The notes under the pieces are model-generated. The model ran no database searches. It saw nothing but the letters and a program-made list of their open reading frames with translations, and was not told where the DNA came from. Shown here in pieces: positions 38,266 to 48,400 of a DNA stretch of 64,000 nucleotides. Source of the stretch: Macrostomum hystrix (Eukaryota > Animalia > Platyhelminthes); the NCBI GenBank assembly GCA_950097015.1, contig CATNEN010000025.1, positions 5,704,001 through 5,768,000 of the forward strand, in the 5' to 3' direction. Each line of letters starts with the position of its first letter. Position 1 is the stretch's first letter. Position numbers and translations under genes: made by a program.

Positions 38266-40011
38266 TCTGATAAGCATCGCAAGCGGGACAGGTCCAGTCC
38301 GGCTAAGCGGGACAGGGATCATGAGCCGGAAAAGAACAGAAAAAACAAAGAACAGAGCAGCAAAGACAAAGACACATCTGGGCCCGATCAGCCAAGCAAA
38401 TCTGCCGGCGCCAGGCCTAGCGTGTTCGATCGGCTCGGCCTGCGCACTGACGACAAGCCGCGCGGCGGTCAGCCGCCTGCATTGAAGAAGCCGAAGAAGG
38501 ATGGGGACGGAGAGTCTACTACGACTCATGCGGGCGCCCCGATTGAGGCCGGCGACAAGCCGAAGGACAAAGAAAACGATCGAGAAGACCGGAAGTGCCG
38601 TTCCTCGTCGCCTGGAACAGCAACAGCTGCGCCGGCGACCTCGGCAGAATCTACTAATAATCAACAGCAACGGCCTAGAAAGTTTACAGCTCTGAACCTC
38701 AGTCAGCGCGTGCAGCCTTCTTCAAATAGGCAGCCAGCCGGAGCAGCCGATGCTGATTCCACCAAAGCTGCTGGCAGACGCCTGGAACGCGGCGGCGGAA
38801 GTCGATCGCGCCGGGGAAGAAATCGTCGCATTAGAAACGACTTGGCGCCATCTCTGCGACTGTCGGCTAAGCGTCACGCCAGACGCGACGCTGACGATGG
38901 CGACTATGACAATGTCGACGACAACAAGCAGCGCAGCCGGAGCAGGTCATTGTCAACAGGCAGTAGCAGGCACTCTTCCGCTGGTTCTAGATCCTCAGCG
39001 TCAGCATCCGGCTCCTCGGACAAATCTCGCTCGCCTTCTAAATCAAAATCTAAGTCGCCGGTGCCTCCGCTGATGGCGCCTCCAGCACAGAAACAGCAGC
39101 AGCAGCAGCAGCAGCAGCAATCTGATCAGACAATCGATCAGGTAGAGCTGGCCAGAGAGCTATACAGGCGGAAGCTGGCTAACCTGCCGCAGCCGTCAGC
39201 CATCAAGGAGCGTCGTGAGCGTCGACGCAAAGCCGAAGCTGAGGCTGCAGCTGCGGCGTCCTACGCCGGACCGCCCGGCACCAATATTGTTGTAGGCCTT
39301 GACGACGATCTGCCGTCGCCGACGCGCGGGCACCGCTACAAGTACGCCAATATGCCGTTCGCTCCGCCCGGCCGCAGGCGACTGCGCGACGATGAAAGTC
39401 CGGCCGCTGTCGGTGCTGCCGCCGTCGCTGCTGCGAAAGCCGCCGCCGCTGCCGAAGCGGCCCGCCTAGCCGAGCCGTGCATCCTGACTGAGGTGCTGTA
39501 CGACCTGGAAGATCTGGAGGATGTGTCAGATTCTGAGCTCACCCTGCCAGAGGAGGAGGATCGCCTAGCAGCGCTACTCGGTCCGCCCCCGGCGCCGCAC
39601 CGCGGCATCGTTGAAAGCCTAGGCGTCGATTGGAATGTCCTCAGATCGGCTGGCGCAGCTGCCGCCGGCCATCAGCATCAGCAGCAGCAGGATCACCATC
39701 ACCATCAGCATCAGTACTACTATCAGCGACCCGCAGATCTGCTTCCTGGCCCCGTCCTCTGCCGTCTCGGCGTTTCTAAGCGACTTGCAGGCGAGCAGCT
39801 CTACCGACTGGTGTCCGGCCGACTGGCTCCGCCCGGCCTTCTTAACGATCGGCCCTACGCGCACCGAAGCCAGCTGGCCCGCCTGCGCGCCCGGGAAGCT
39901 CCGCTGCTCGGCTGCGCCGGGCCTCACGGAGGCGGCGCCCTCAGCGCTCGAGTCGATTTGGCTGTTAGACGGTTTCTGCTGGCTTCGCTAAGCAGCGCCG
40001 TACAGGGCTAG
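38266..40011 (+). CDS. ZC3H13: ZC3H13/Flacc-like m6A writer complex subunit; single 581-codon exon with no N-terminal ATG
   Basis: N-terminal RPSVFDRLG (human RPSVFERLG). C-terminal LGVDW, LLPGPVLCRLGVSKRLAGEQLY and ALSARVDLAVRRFL resemble the conserved ZC3H13 C-terminal domain as I recall it. The frame is open from the acceptor at 38265. Confidence 0.8.
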   Translation, partial: SDKHRKRDRSSPAKRDRDHEPEKNRKNKEQSSKDKDTSGPDQPSKSAGARPSVFDRLGLRTDDKPRGGQPPALKKPKKDGDGESTTTHAGAPIEAGDKPKDKENDREDRKCRSSSPGTATAAPATSAESTNNQQQRPRKFTALNLSQRVQPSSNRQPAGAADADSTKAAGRRLERGGGSRSRRGRNRRIRNDLAPSLRLSAKRHARRDADDGDYDNVDDNKQRSRSRSLSTGSSRHSSAGSRSSASASGSSDKSRSPSKSKSKSPVPPLMAPPAQKQQQQQQQQQSDQTIDQVELARELYRRKLANLPQPSAIKERRERRRKAEAEAAAAASYAGPPGTNIVVGLDDDLPSPTRGHRYKYANMPFAPPGRRRLRDDESPAAVGAAAVAAAKAAAAAEAARLAEPCILTEVLYDLEDLEDVSDSELTLPEEEDRLAALLGPPPAPHRGIVESLGVDWNVLRSAGAAAAGHQHQQQQDHHHHQHQYYYQRPADLLPGPVLCRLGVSKRLAGEQLYRLVSGRLAPPGLLNDRPYAHRSQLARLRAREAPLLGCAGPHGGGALSARVDLAVRRFLLASLSSAVQG

Positions 40012-41103
40012 CCGATTTTTATTATTTGGAAGAACTAAAACTACCCTTGTTTGTGTAATGTTAATTGTCTGGAAATTATGGTCGCCGCATACTACTAAGA
40101 GTATGAATATCAAATATACTCCAATTTTGTTCGATTGCATTTGCATTTCTCCTATATAATTGCTAAGTGCTAAGTTAGCGCTGTTTGTTTGTTACTTGCC
40201 TGTTTTTTGTTCTCAATTACTGCAGTCTGCTTGCAGGTATCAATTATGTTAAAACATGCTTTCTTAAGCTTATATATATGTAATTAGAGATTGGTATCAC
40301 GGCACTATTTTTATATATTAGTCACGAGCAAGATATAATTTTATAGGCTAAAGATTCCACGTAGACTAAGAGATTGAGTTTCATATTGTTTGGCTAACCA
40401 ATCAGCATATAACAATAAGTAATAGACTCAATACAATACAATTAGTAATCAGTAATTTGATTAATCGGCATAGGTTATCAAGCAAGCTTAACAAAAATGT
40501 TGTAATGTATGTAAATATTTTGCTTATTTAAATTAATACATAAAAAGTGCTAATTACTTTGTATGACGTTAATTACTCGTTCTCGGTCACTTAATTGTCT
40601 TCTTGATTTGTTTTTAATTTGATTAGATATATATATATTTACATTCTGATAGCCATAAAAAACACGTGCTGTACATATCCGCTATTTTAATTTTTGTTCG
40701 TGCAATCGTTATTCGTTATGCAACTATAAAAACATGTTTGTAAACGGTTAGTAAATAGGCATTATCTTCAGTTTAGAACAATAGAGAATTCGTGGCAATA
40801 GTTACTACAAATTTAGTAAGATAATAACATATTTCCATAAGAAAGTAAATAATGTTTAGTAAATCATTGATCATTTGCCCAATTTATATTATACTTATTT
40901 TTATAGATATGAGGTATTTTTTACTTATAAGCTCAACATGAAATCAGAATGTTTCAAGCTCTGTCCAATAATAATTCCAGCAAAGAGAAGCATTGACAAA
41001 AACTGTAAGCTCTGAACGAACTAAAAATAATTGGAAAGAATTGTCAGAAAAACACTTCTAAGGTGAGTCAACAAATCTATATTCGTTTTTTTACATTTTT
41101 TGC

Positions 41104-41170
41104 TTTTTATGATGCTATATTCAATAGATACTACTGATGTTAGTTTGATGCGATTCGGATTCTGATGTCG
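41104..41170 (+). ncRNA. Box C/D snoRNA family B, copy 1
   Basis: C-like box ATGATGC at 41109, guide CAATAGATACTA followed by D' CTGA at 41134, C' TTGATGC, and D CTGA at 41162. It lies 82 nt before the acceptor at 41247, inside a GT-AG interval (41063-41247). Confidence 0.7.
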
Positions 41171-41835
41171 TAAAGTAAATAGTAAACAGTAAATAGTAAA
41201 AAATCTATTGACTGGTTTACTAGAACTGTACGCATTTCTCTTTTCAGATAGTCAACAATTTCAAGACGTACAATTCGAAAGATAGTTTTATTTGTAAGTA
41301 CTCTAAATAAAAATTATCTTCTCCGAATTTTACTGCAGAATTTTTTTAATGGTATGATGCTTATTATAATAAACCCGATGAAAAAAGGGTCGCCGTTGTG
41401 GGTCAAAAGTGTCTCAACTCCGCTAAGTGCAGCACCCCAGTTAGCTATTTTAAGAGGGGTAAGAGTTATGACGCTTTATCAACTTTAAACCCAAAATGTC
41501 AAACGCAGACCGCGATTTTGACTCAAAAACGTCTTAAAAACGGATCACATGAGCCGCCAGTTGGGGGGTGGTGTACGTGGCGCATGGTTGTGCGTACATT
41601 ACTGGGGTGGTAGGGAAACCCCAGCTGCGCATGTGGGCTATAGACGGCTAAAAAACTGGTCAATTATGACTGTGGCGTCCCAAATGTTGTTTCAAAGTTG
41701 TCAATACGGCTAAAGTGTTGGTTAAATGAATGATGGTTAAGCGGCTCAAATGGTGGATTCCTTTAAAAAGCAAAAAAATAAGCAATAAGCAAAAATAAAG
41801 AAATGTGCATTTTAACACCCGTCACTCATTACTCA

Positions 41836-42300
41836 TGACGCTTAGTTTTACCTATGTAGGAGATGTTATGTTTGTACACAAGGGTTAAGGAGCATTGGAT
41901 TAGAAATTCTGCCATCAATGAGCACCTTCTCTCGTGTAACTCCTGTTGCAATAAGAACTGTTGTGATATGTTTAAAGTGATTGATTCCTGTAGCCAAGAA
42001 AACAAATTGAACATTCTCGAGGCTATCTACATTAAGGCTCAGAAACCATTTTTGAACAGCCAGTTAGCCATGGGGGGTGCAAGCCGCCAATTCAATGTGT
42101 TTTAGCTATGTTAGAAGCGTCTTTGAACTTTATTTGGTTTTTGTTTTTTTTCTGTTGTTAACCGGACTGGACCGAAATTGATTCGCACTTTGCATTGTAC
42201 AGTTTTCATTTCTTAAATATATATATAACTTGGTTCTGTGTGTTTAATTGATGTGTCTGCCCTGAAGATGACCGATTGTGGTCGAAATGCATTGGAAAAA
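41836..42300 (+). mobile_element. 5'-truncated Penelope-like retroelement: GIY-YIG endonuclease C-terminus, inverted 5' piece and hammerhead motif
   Basis: LYTRVKEH...ILEAIYIKAQKPFLNSQ on + and HNISYIGKTKRH on - at 41836-41870. The CTGAAGA...GAAA hammerhead core is at 42262-42287. Confidence 0.85.
42255..42297 (+). ncRNA. Minimal type I hammerhead ribozyme motif
   Basis: CTGAAGA-T-GACC(gattgt)GGTC-GAAA, a palindromic stem III ATGCAT, and only a short CC/GG stem I. Confidence 0.6.
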
Positions 42301-42436
42301 TTCTAAGAAAATTTAAATGTTGATTCTGAGTTTTCTCGATTCAATTGTTGTCAAGCGAGCTACTCTACCTGAATTATTGGTATCAATTTACCTTAATATG
42401 GCAGGTTATCAGTTTGAGCTGCACTACAAACTTATC

Positions 42437-45400
42437 ATGGTTAGTCCAGGCGACACTACTCAAACTGCTACTGGGCAGGACAATTCACCTGCCAGCCTAA
42501 AATCGGCCGGCAATCAGGAATTCCAATTAGGGAATTATCAATCGGCGCTGGATATTTATAGTCGGGCCCTAGGTCAGCCTGGTAGCCTTCCAATCGACCT
42601 GTCTCTGGCGTTGCGTAGCAACCGAGCACAGTGCGCGTTAAAACTCGGCCAACCCGAGTCCGCTTTAGCCGACTGCTCAGTCGTGCTCGAGCACCGGCCT
42701 AACGATCCTAAAGCTCTGTTCCGCCGGGCTCAGGCCTACGAAATGTTGAACAAACTGGCCGACGCCTACAAGGATGCTAGTCAGCTGTTTAAACTGGATC
42801 CCGGCAATAAGGCTGTGCAACCAATGCTGGCGCGACTACAGGTAGGAATTTGTTTTGGAGCTCGGCGAAGGTCTCATTAGCTTGGGCCGCTTGCCGCGCA
42901 ATTTTAGTGTTTTTTTTAAGGCTAACCTGCAGAGTACAGTGTGAGAGTTTACGATTTCCGACCATAAGAAAGTCAGGGCAGATGTACTATAATATAATAA
43001 TAATATAAAGCGCACGCCATCAATAATAATAATAATAAATCAAGGTAACACTCCCAGTGCGACTAGTCAAAGTTTCTTCTCGTTGGATACGGGTCTTGTG
43101 TTACCAATAATATATACTCGTATAGTCATAAAATATACACCCCAATCGGGCCAAATGTGCAGCCGACAGCACAGCCGCAGCTATTGCGCGGCGCATCTGT
43201 AGGCTTCGTAGGGCTGTCCAGTCCATGAACTGGGGGGACTCCGCACCCACCCTGAATTACCCCAGCTGATGCTGGTACCCATTTCACAATCGAAGCTAAA
43301 AGACACATTTTCCAGTGGCGTTGGGAATCAATTTCACCAAATCATGTGTCAGTGCCCACAGCCCATCTGCAATTATTATATTTTACACACTAAGCGATAA
43401 ATAAAACCACCTACTTATAGTAGCAATAGACAATATATAAGGAAATGTTTTTTATCCCTGATATATTGCAATGATGAAAAAATATTTTATCAGGCTATTT
43501 TGATTTTTAAACAAAAATCTGATATTCATACTCCACCAACTCTGAATATTCTTTTATAAAAAAGAAACGTTAAACGATATGCAACTACGAATCAAACCAT
43601 TCTTTTTTTTACATCGGATCCTCATTCATTATTAAAACATATTCGCTAGGTGGCCCTGGAAAAGCGTCGGGAAGAGGTCGGCACAACCGAGGCCAAGACT
43701 CGCTCCATGCTGGACATGATTGTTGGCGATGAAGTCGAAACTGACGAAGAGAAGCGCGTACAGTGTCTGAATAACATGACCGCTCTGTGCCGCCAGCCTC
43801 CCTGCCGAGCCGCTCTGTGGGACTCGGCCGGCCTAGTGCCCCGGCTCCTTCAATTGGCCACTAAATCTGTGAACTCTTCTCCTAATACCTTTGAAGCAGC
43901 AGCTCGCCTATTGTCTAGCCTTACCAAGGACTCGCCTGACCGAAGTCGCATTCTATTGGACACGCTATCTGTTCAGGGCGTGCATCGCCTGCTAGTACTT
44001 TCTGAGTCTGAGCCTATTTCTAGGTCTCTATTGATGCTGCTCAAATCACTGGTGTGGGAGATGGCCGGCATTGAGGAGTACAGGTACGAGAGGCCATGTC
44101 TACGTGTCTGTTATTTGGGAATGGCATGTTCTTTTGGCTTTTGTAATGGCATGTCTTTTAGGCTTTTGTAATGGCATGTCTTTTTGGCTTTTGTAATGGC
44201 ATGTCTTTTAGGCTTTTGTAATGGTATGTCTTTTAGGCTTTTGTAATGGCATGTCTTTTTGGCTTTTGTAATGGCATGTCTTTTAGGCTTTTGTAATGGT
44301 ATGTCTTTTGGCTTTTGTAATGGCATGTCTTTTTGGCTTTTATAATGGTATGTCTTTTTGGCTTTTGTAATGGTATGTCTTTTTGGCTTTTGTAATGGCA
44401 TGTCTTTTAGGCTTTTGTAATGGTATGTCTTTTGGCTTTTGTAATGGCATGTCTTTTTGGCTTTTATAATGGTATGTCTTTTTGGCTTTTGTAATGGTAT
44501 GTCTTTTTGGCTTTTGTAATGGCATGTCTTTTTGGCTTTTATAATGGTATGTCTTTTTGGCTTTTGTAATGGTATGTCTTTTTGGCTTTTGTAATGGTAT
44601 GTCTTTTTGGCTTTTATAATGGCATGTCTTTTTGGCTTTTGTAATGGCATGTCTTTTAGGCTTTTGTAATGGTATGTCTTTTGGCTTTTGTAATGGCATG
44701 TCTTTTTGGCTTTTATAATGGTATGTCTTTTTGGCTTTTGTAATGGTATGTCTTTTTGGCTTTTGTAATGGCATGTCTTTTTGGCTTTTATAATGGTATG
44801 TCTTTTTGGCTTTTGTAATGGTATGTCTTTTTGGCTTTTGTAATGGTATGTCTTTTTGGCTTTTATAATGGCATGTCTTTTTGGCTTTTGTAATGGCATG
44901 TCTTTTTGGCTTTTGTAATGGCATGTGCGTTGGCTTTTATAATGGCATGTGCTTTGGCTTTTATAATGGCATGTGCGTTGGCTTTTATAATGACATGTGC
45001 GTTGGCTTTTATAAATAGCATGTGCGTTGGCTTTTATAATGGCATGTGCTTTGGCTTTTATAATGGCATGTGCTTTGGCTTTTATAATGGCATGTGCGTT
45101 GGCTTTTATAATGGCATGTGCGTTGGCTTTTATAATGGCATGTCTTTTTGGCTTTTATAATGGCATGTGTGCTTTGTGAAGTGTTAATAGTATCATGCTT
45201 TTATGATAGGAGAGCATGCATTTTCACAGACGTGTTTTAATTGAAAGAAACTTACTATACTATGATGCGCTTAAACAATAGATACTACTGATCTCTACTG
45301 ACGAGACTCGGATCTGATCATACTATGTGCGTTTTGATCTTCTAGCTTAATTTTGTAACTTTGTTCTACTCAATAAAAATCTGCTCAACTTTCCTTTCGC

Positions 45401-48400
45401 AGGCAACGCCGCGGCAAAGCCGAGGAAGAGCGCCGTAAAGCCTTGTCAATGGGAATGATTGCTAAGCCGCTGCCCCAGCTGCAGCTGTCTGAAGATATTG
45501 CTATCAGGATTGACGCCCTGCTGCGCGAACTGCTGCAGGCTTCGCATAGCAACCGACTGCAAGCCTACACTAGGGATGCTGTGCTAGAGCTACTGGTCAT
45601 GCTCATCAACAAGAAGGAATCTCTCACCTGGTATAAACAGTTCATAGATTGCGGCGGTATTGAGACTATACTCAATGTCACCTGCGCATTTCACAAAGGC
45701 TCGCACGAGCATCTGAAAGTGACTGAGGACACTAGGCGACACGCGTCTCTGTTGCTGGCTAGAGTGTACGAGGACCTGACCTCCGATCAGCTGCGCCAGG
45801 CCTTTCGCGACGCCGCCTCCACCTTTGTCATGGACCTGCTGACTGATAAGTTCTTCGACTCCAAGATTGAAGCTTTGAATGCGCTCAGCGCACTGTTGGA
45901 GGGGCCGCACGAGATTGCTCAGTCTATCATTGGCAGCGAAGGCATTCTGGAGGGTGAGTGAACTTTTTTAACTTTTTGCTAAAGGACACAATTTTTTCAA
46001 GTGGATTTGGGAATCGAACCCCCGACCTTCAAGTTATGATGAGTCCGACGATCTAACCACAATAGGTTACAACCCCATTCATTGTAGTGACCCTTGCATT
46101 ACCTGTTTATCTACATCTAGGCGAAAATGGTTTTCAAGCTGTCACCAAAATGACTGCCGCCAGTGCCCACAGCCCTCCTGCAATCATTTTTTATCTTAAT
46201 CCTTATAGGAGTTCTACTCCTAGCCCAGAGCGGCATCGAGCTGCACCAGCGACTGGCCTTAGAAACATTAGTACTGGCCATCAGTAAGAAGGCCAAAGCT
46301 GATTCTGTACTGCGCTCAGCTCTACCCGTACTTCAGAAGATGTACACTAGTGGCAAGGATGCTATTAAAGTTCGAGCCCTGGTTGGCCTGTGCAAACTGG
46401 GCACCGCCAGCGGCTCGGACAGCTCCGGCCGTGGCCTGGCCGACGGCTCCAATCTGGTGCTGGCCAAATCGTGCCGACGCTTTTTAGCTAATCCGGACAA
46501 AGACCTAGATCTGCGCCGATGGGCGGTTGAGGGACTGGCCTTTCTATGTCTGGATGCCGAGGTGCGCTTTATAAAAAATCATTTCCCAGTCCTTCATTCA
46601 GTTGGTCATAGCCCAGTCCTTCATTCAGTTGGTCATAGCCCAGTCCTTTATTCAGTTGGTCATAGCCCAGTCCTTCATTCAGTTGGTCATAGCCCAGTCC
46701 TTTATTCAGTTGGTCATAGCCCAGTCCTTTATTCAGTTGGTCATAGCCCAGTCCTTCATTCAGTTGGTCATAGCCCAGTCCTTCATTCAGTTGGGTCATT
46801 GCCCAACCCGTCCTTCATTCAGCTTGGTCATAGCCCAGTCCTTCATTCAGTTGGTCATAGCCCAGTCCTTCATTCAGTTGGTCATAGCCCAGTCCTTCAT
46901 TCAGTTGGGTCATTGCCCAACCCGTCCTTCATTCAGCTTGGTCATAGCCCAGTCCTTCATTCAGTTGGTCATAGCCCAGTCCTTCATTCAGTTGGGTCAT
47001 TGCCCAACCCGTCCTTCATTCAGCTTGGTCATAGCCCAGTCCTTCATTCAGTTGGTCATAGCCCAGTCCTTCATTCAGTTGGGTCATTGCCCAACCCGTC
47101 CTTCATTCAGCTTGGTCATAGCCCAGTCCTTCATTCAGTTGGTCATAGCCCAGTCCTTCATTCAGTTGGTCATAGCCCAGTCCTTTATTCAGTTGGTCAT
47201 AGCCCAGTCCTTCATTCAGTTGGTCATAGCCCAGTCCTTTATTCAGTTGGTCATAGCCCAGTCCTTTATTCAGTTGGTCATAGCCCAGTCCTTCATTCAG
47301 TTGGTCATAGCCCAGTCCTTCATTCAGTTGGGTCATTGCCCAACCCGTCCTTCATTCAGCTTGGTCATAGCCCAGTCCTTCATTCAGTTGGTCATAGCCC
47401 AGTCCTTCATTCAGTTGGTCATAGCCCAGTCCTTCATTCAGTTGGGTCATTGCCCAACCCGTCCTTCATTCAGCTTGGTCATAGCCCAGTCCTTCATTCA
47501 GTTGGTCATAGCCCAGTCCTTCATTCAGTTGGGTCATTGCCCAACCCGTCCTTCATTCAGCTTGGTCATAGCCCAGTCCTTCATTCAGTTGGTCATAGCC
47601 CAGTCCTTCATTCAGTTGGGTCATTGCCCAACCCGTCCTTCATTCAGCTTGGTCATAGCCCAGTCCTTCATTCAGTTGGTCATAGCCCAGTCCTTCATTC
47701 AGTTGGGTCATTGCCCAACCCGTCCTTCATTCAGCTTGGTCATTGCCCAACCCCAGTCTTCCTGTTAGTTGGTCATTGCCCAACCCCAGTCTTTCTGTTA
47801 GTTGGTCATTGCCCAAACCCAGTCTTACTGTTAGTTGGTCATTGCCCAAACCCAGTCTTTCTGTTAGTTGGTCATTGCCCAAACCCAGTCTTTCTGTTAG
47901 TTGGTCATTGCCCAACCCCAGTCCTACGGTCAGTTGGTCATTGCCCAACCACAGTCCTTCGGTCAGTTGGTCATTGCCCAACCACAGTCCTTCGGTCAGT
48001 TGGTCATTGCCCAACCACAGTCCTTCGGTCAGTTGGGTCATTGCCCAACCACAGTCCTTCGGTCAGTTGGTCATTGCCCAACCACAGTCCTTCGGTCAGT
48101 TGGTCATTGCCCAACCCCAGTCCTACGGTCAGTTGGTCATTGCCCAACCCCAGTCCTACGGTCAGTTGGTCATTGCCCAACCACAGTCCTTCGGTCAGTT
48201 GGTCATTGCCCAACCACAGTCCTTCGGTCAGTCGGTCATTGGCCAACTTCAGTCGTTTAACCCAATCGCTTACCAATTTTACATTTTTTATAAAGTTGTA
48301 CCTATCAACAAGACGAAACTGGGTTTTAACAGGTGAAAGAAGACCTATGCGAGCATACGGACGCACTGCAAGCCCTCTCAGACTTGGCCCTGCGCTCGCG

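Noticed and set aside
38501-39991. Alternative-frame and antisense ORFs over ZC3H13, and similar ones over SPF45, UNC-45 and the methyltransferase
   Set aside because: These are shadow ORFs expected in GC-rich coding DNA and contain no recognisable motifs.
41330-41825. Possible DNA transposon remnant upstream of the Penelope fragment
   Set aside because: I could not identify matching TIRs or a TSD.
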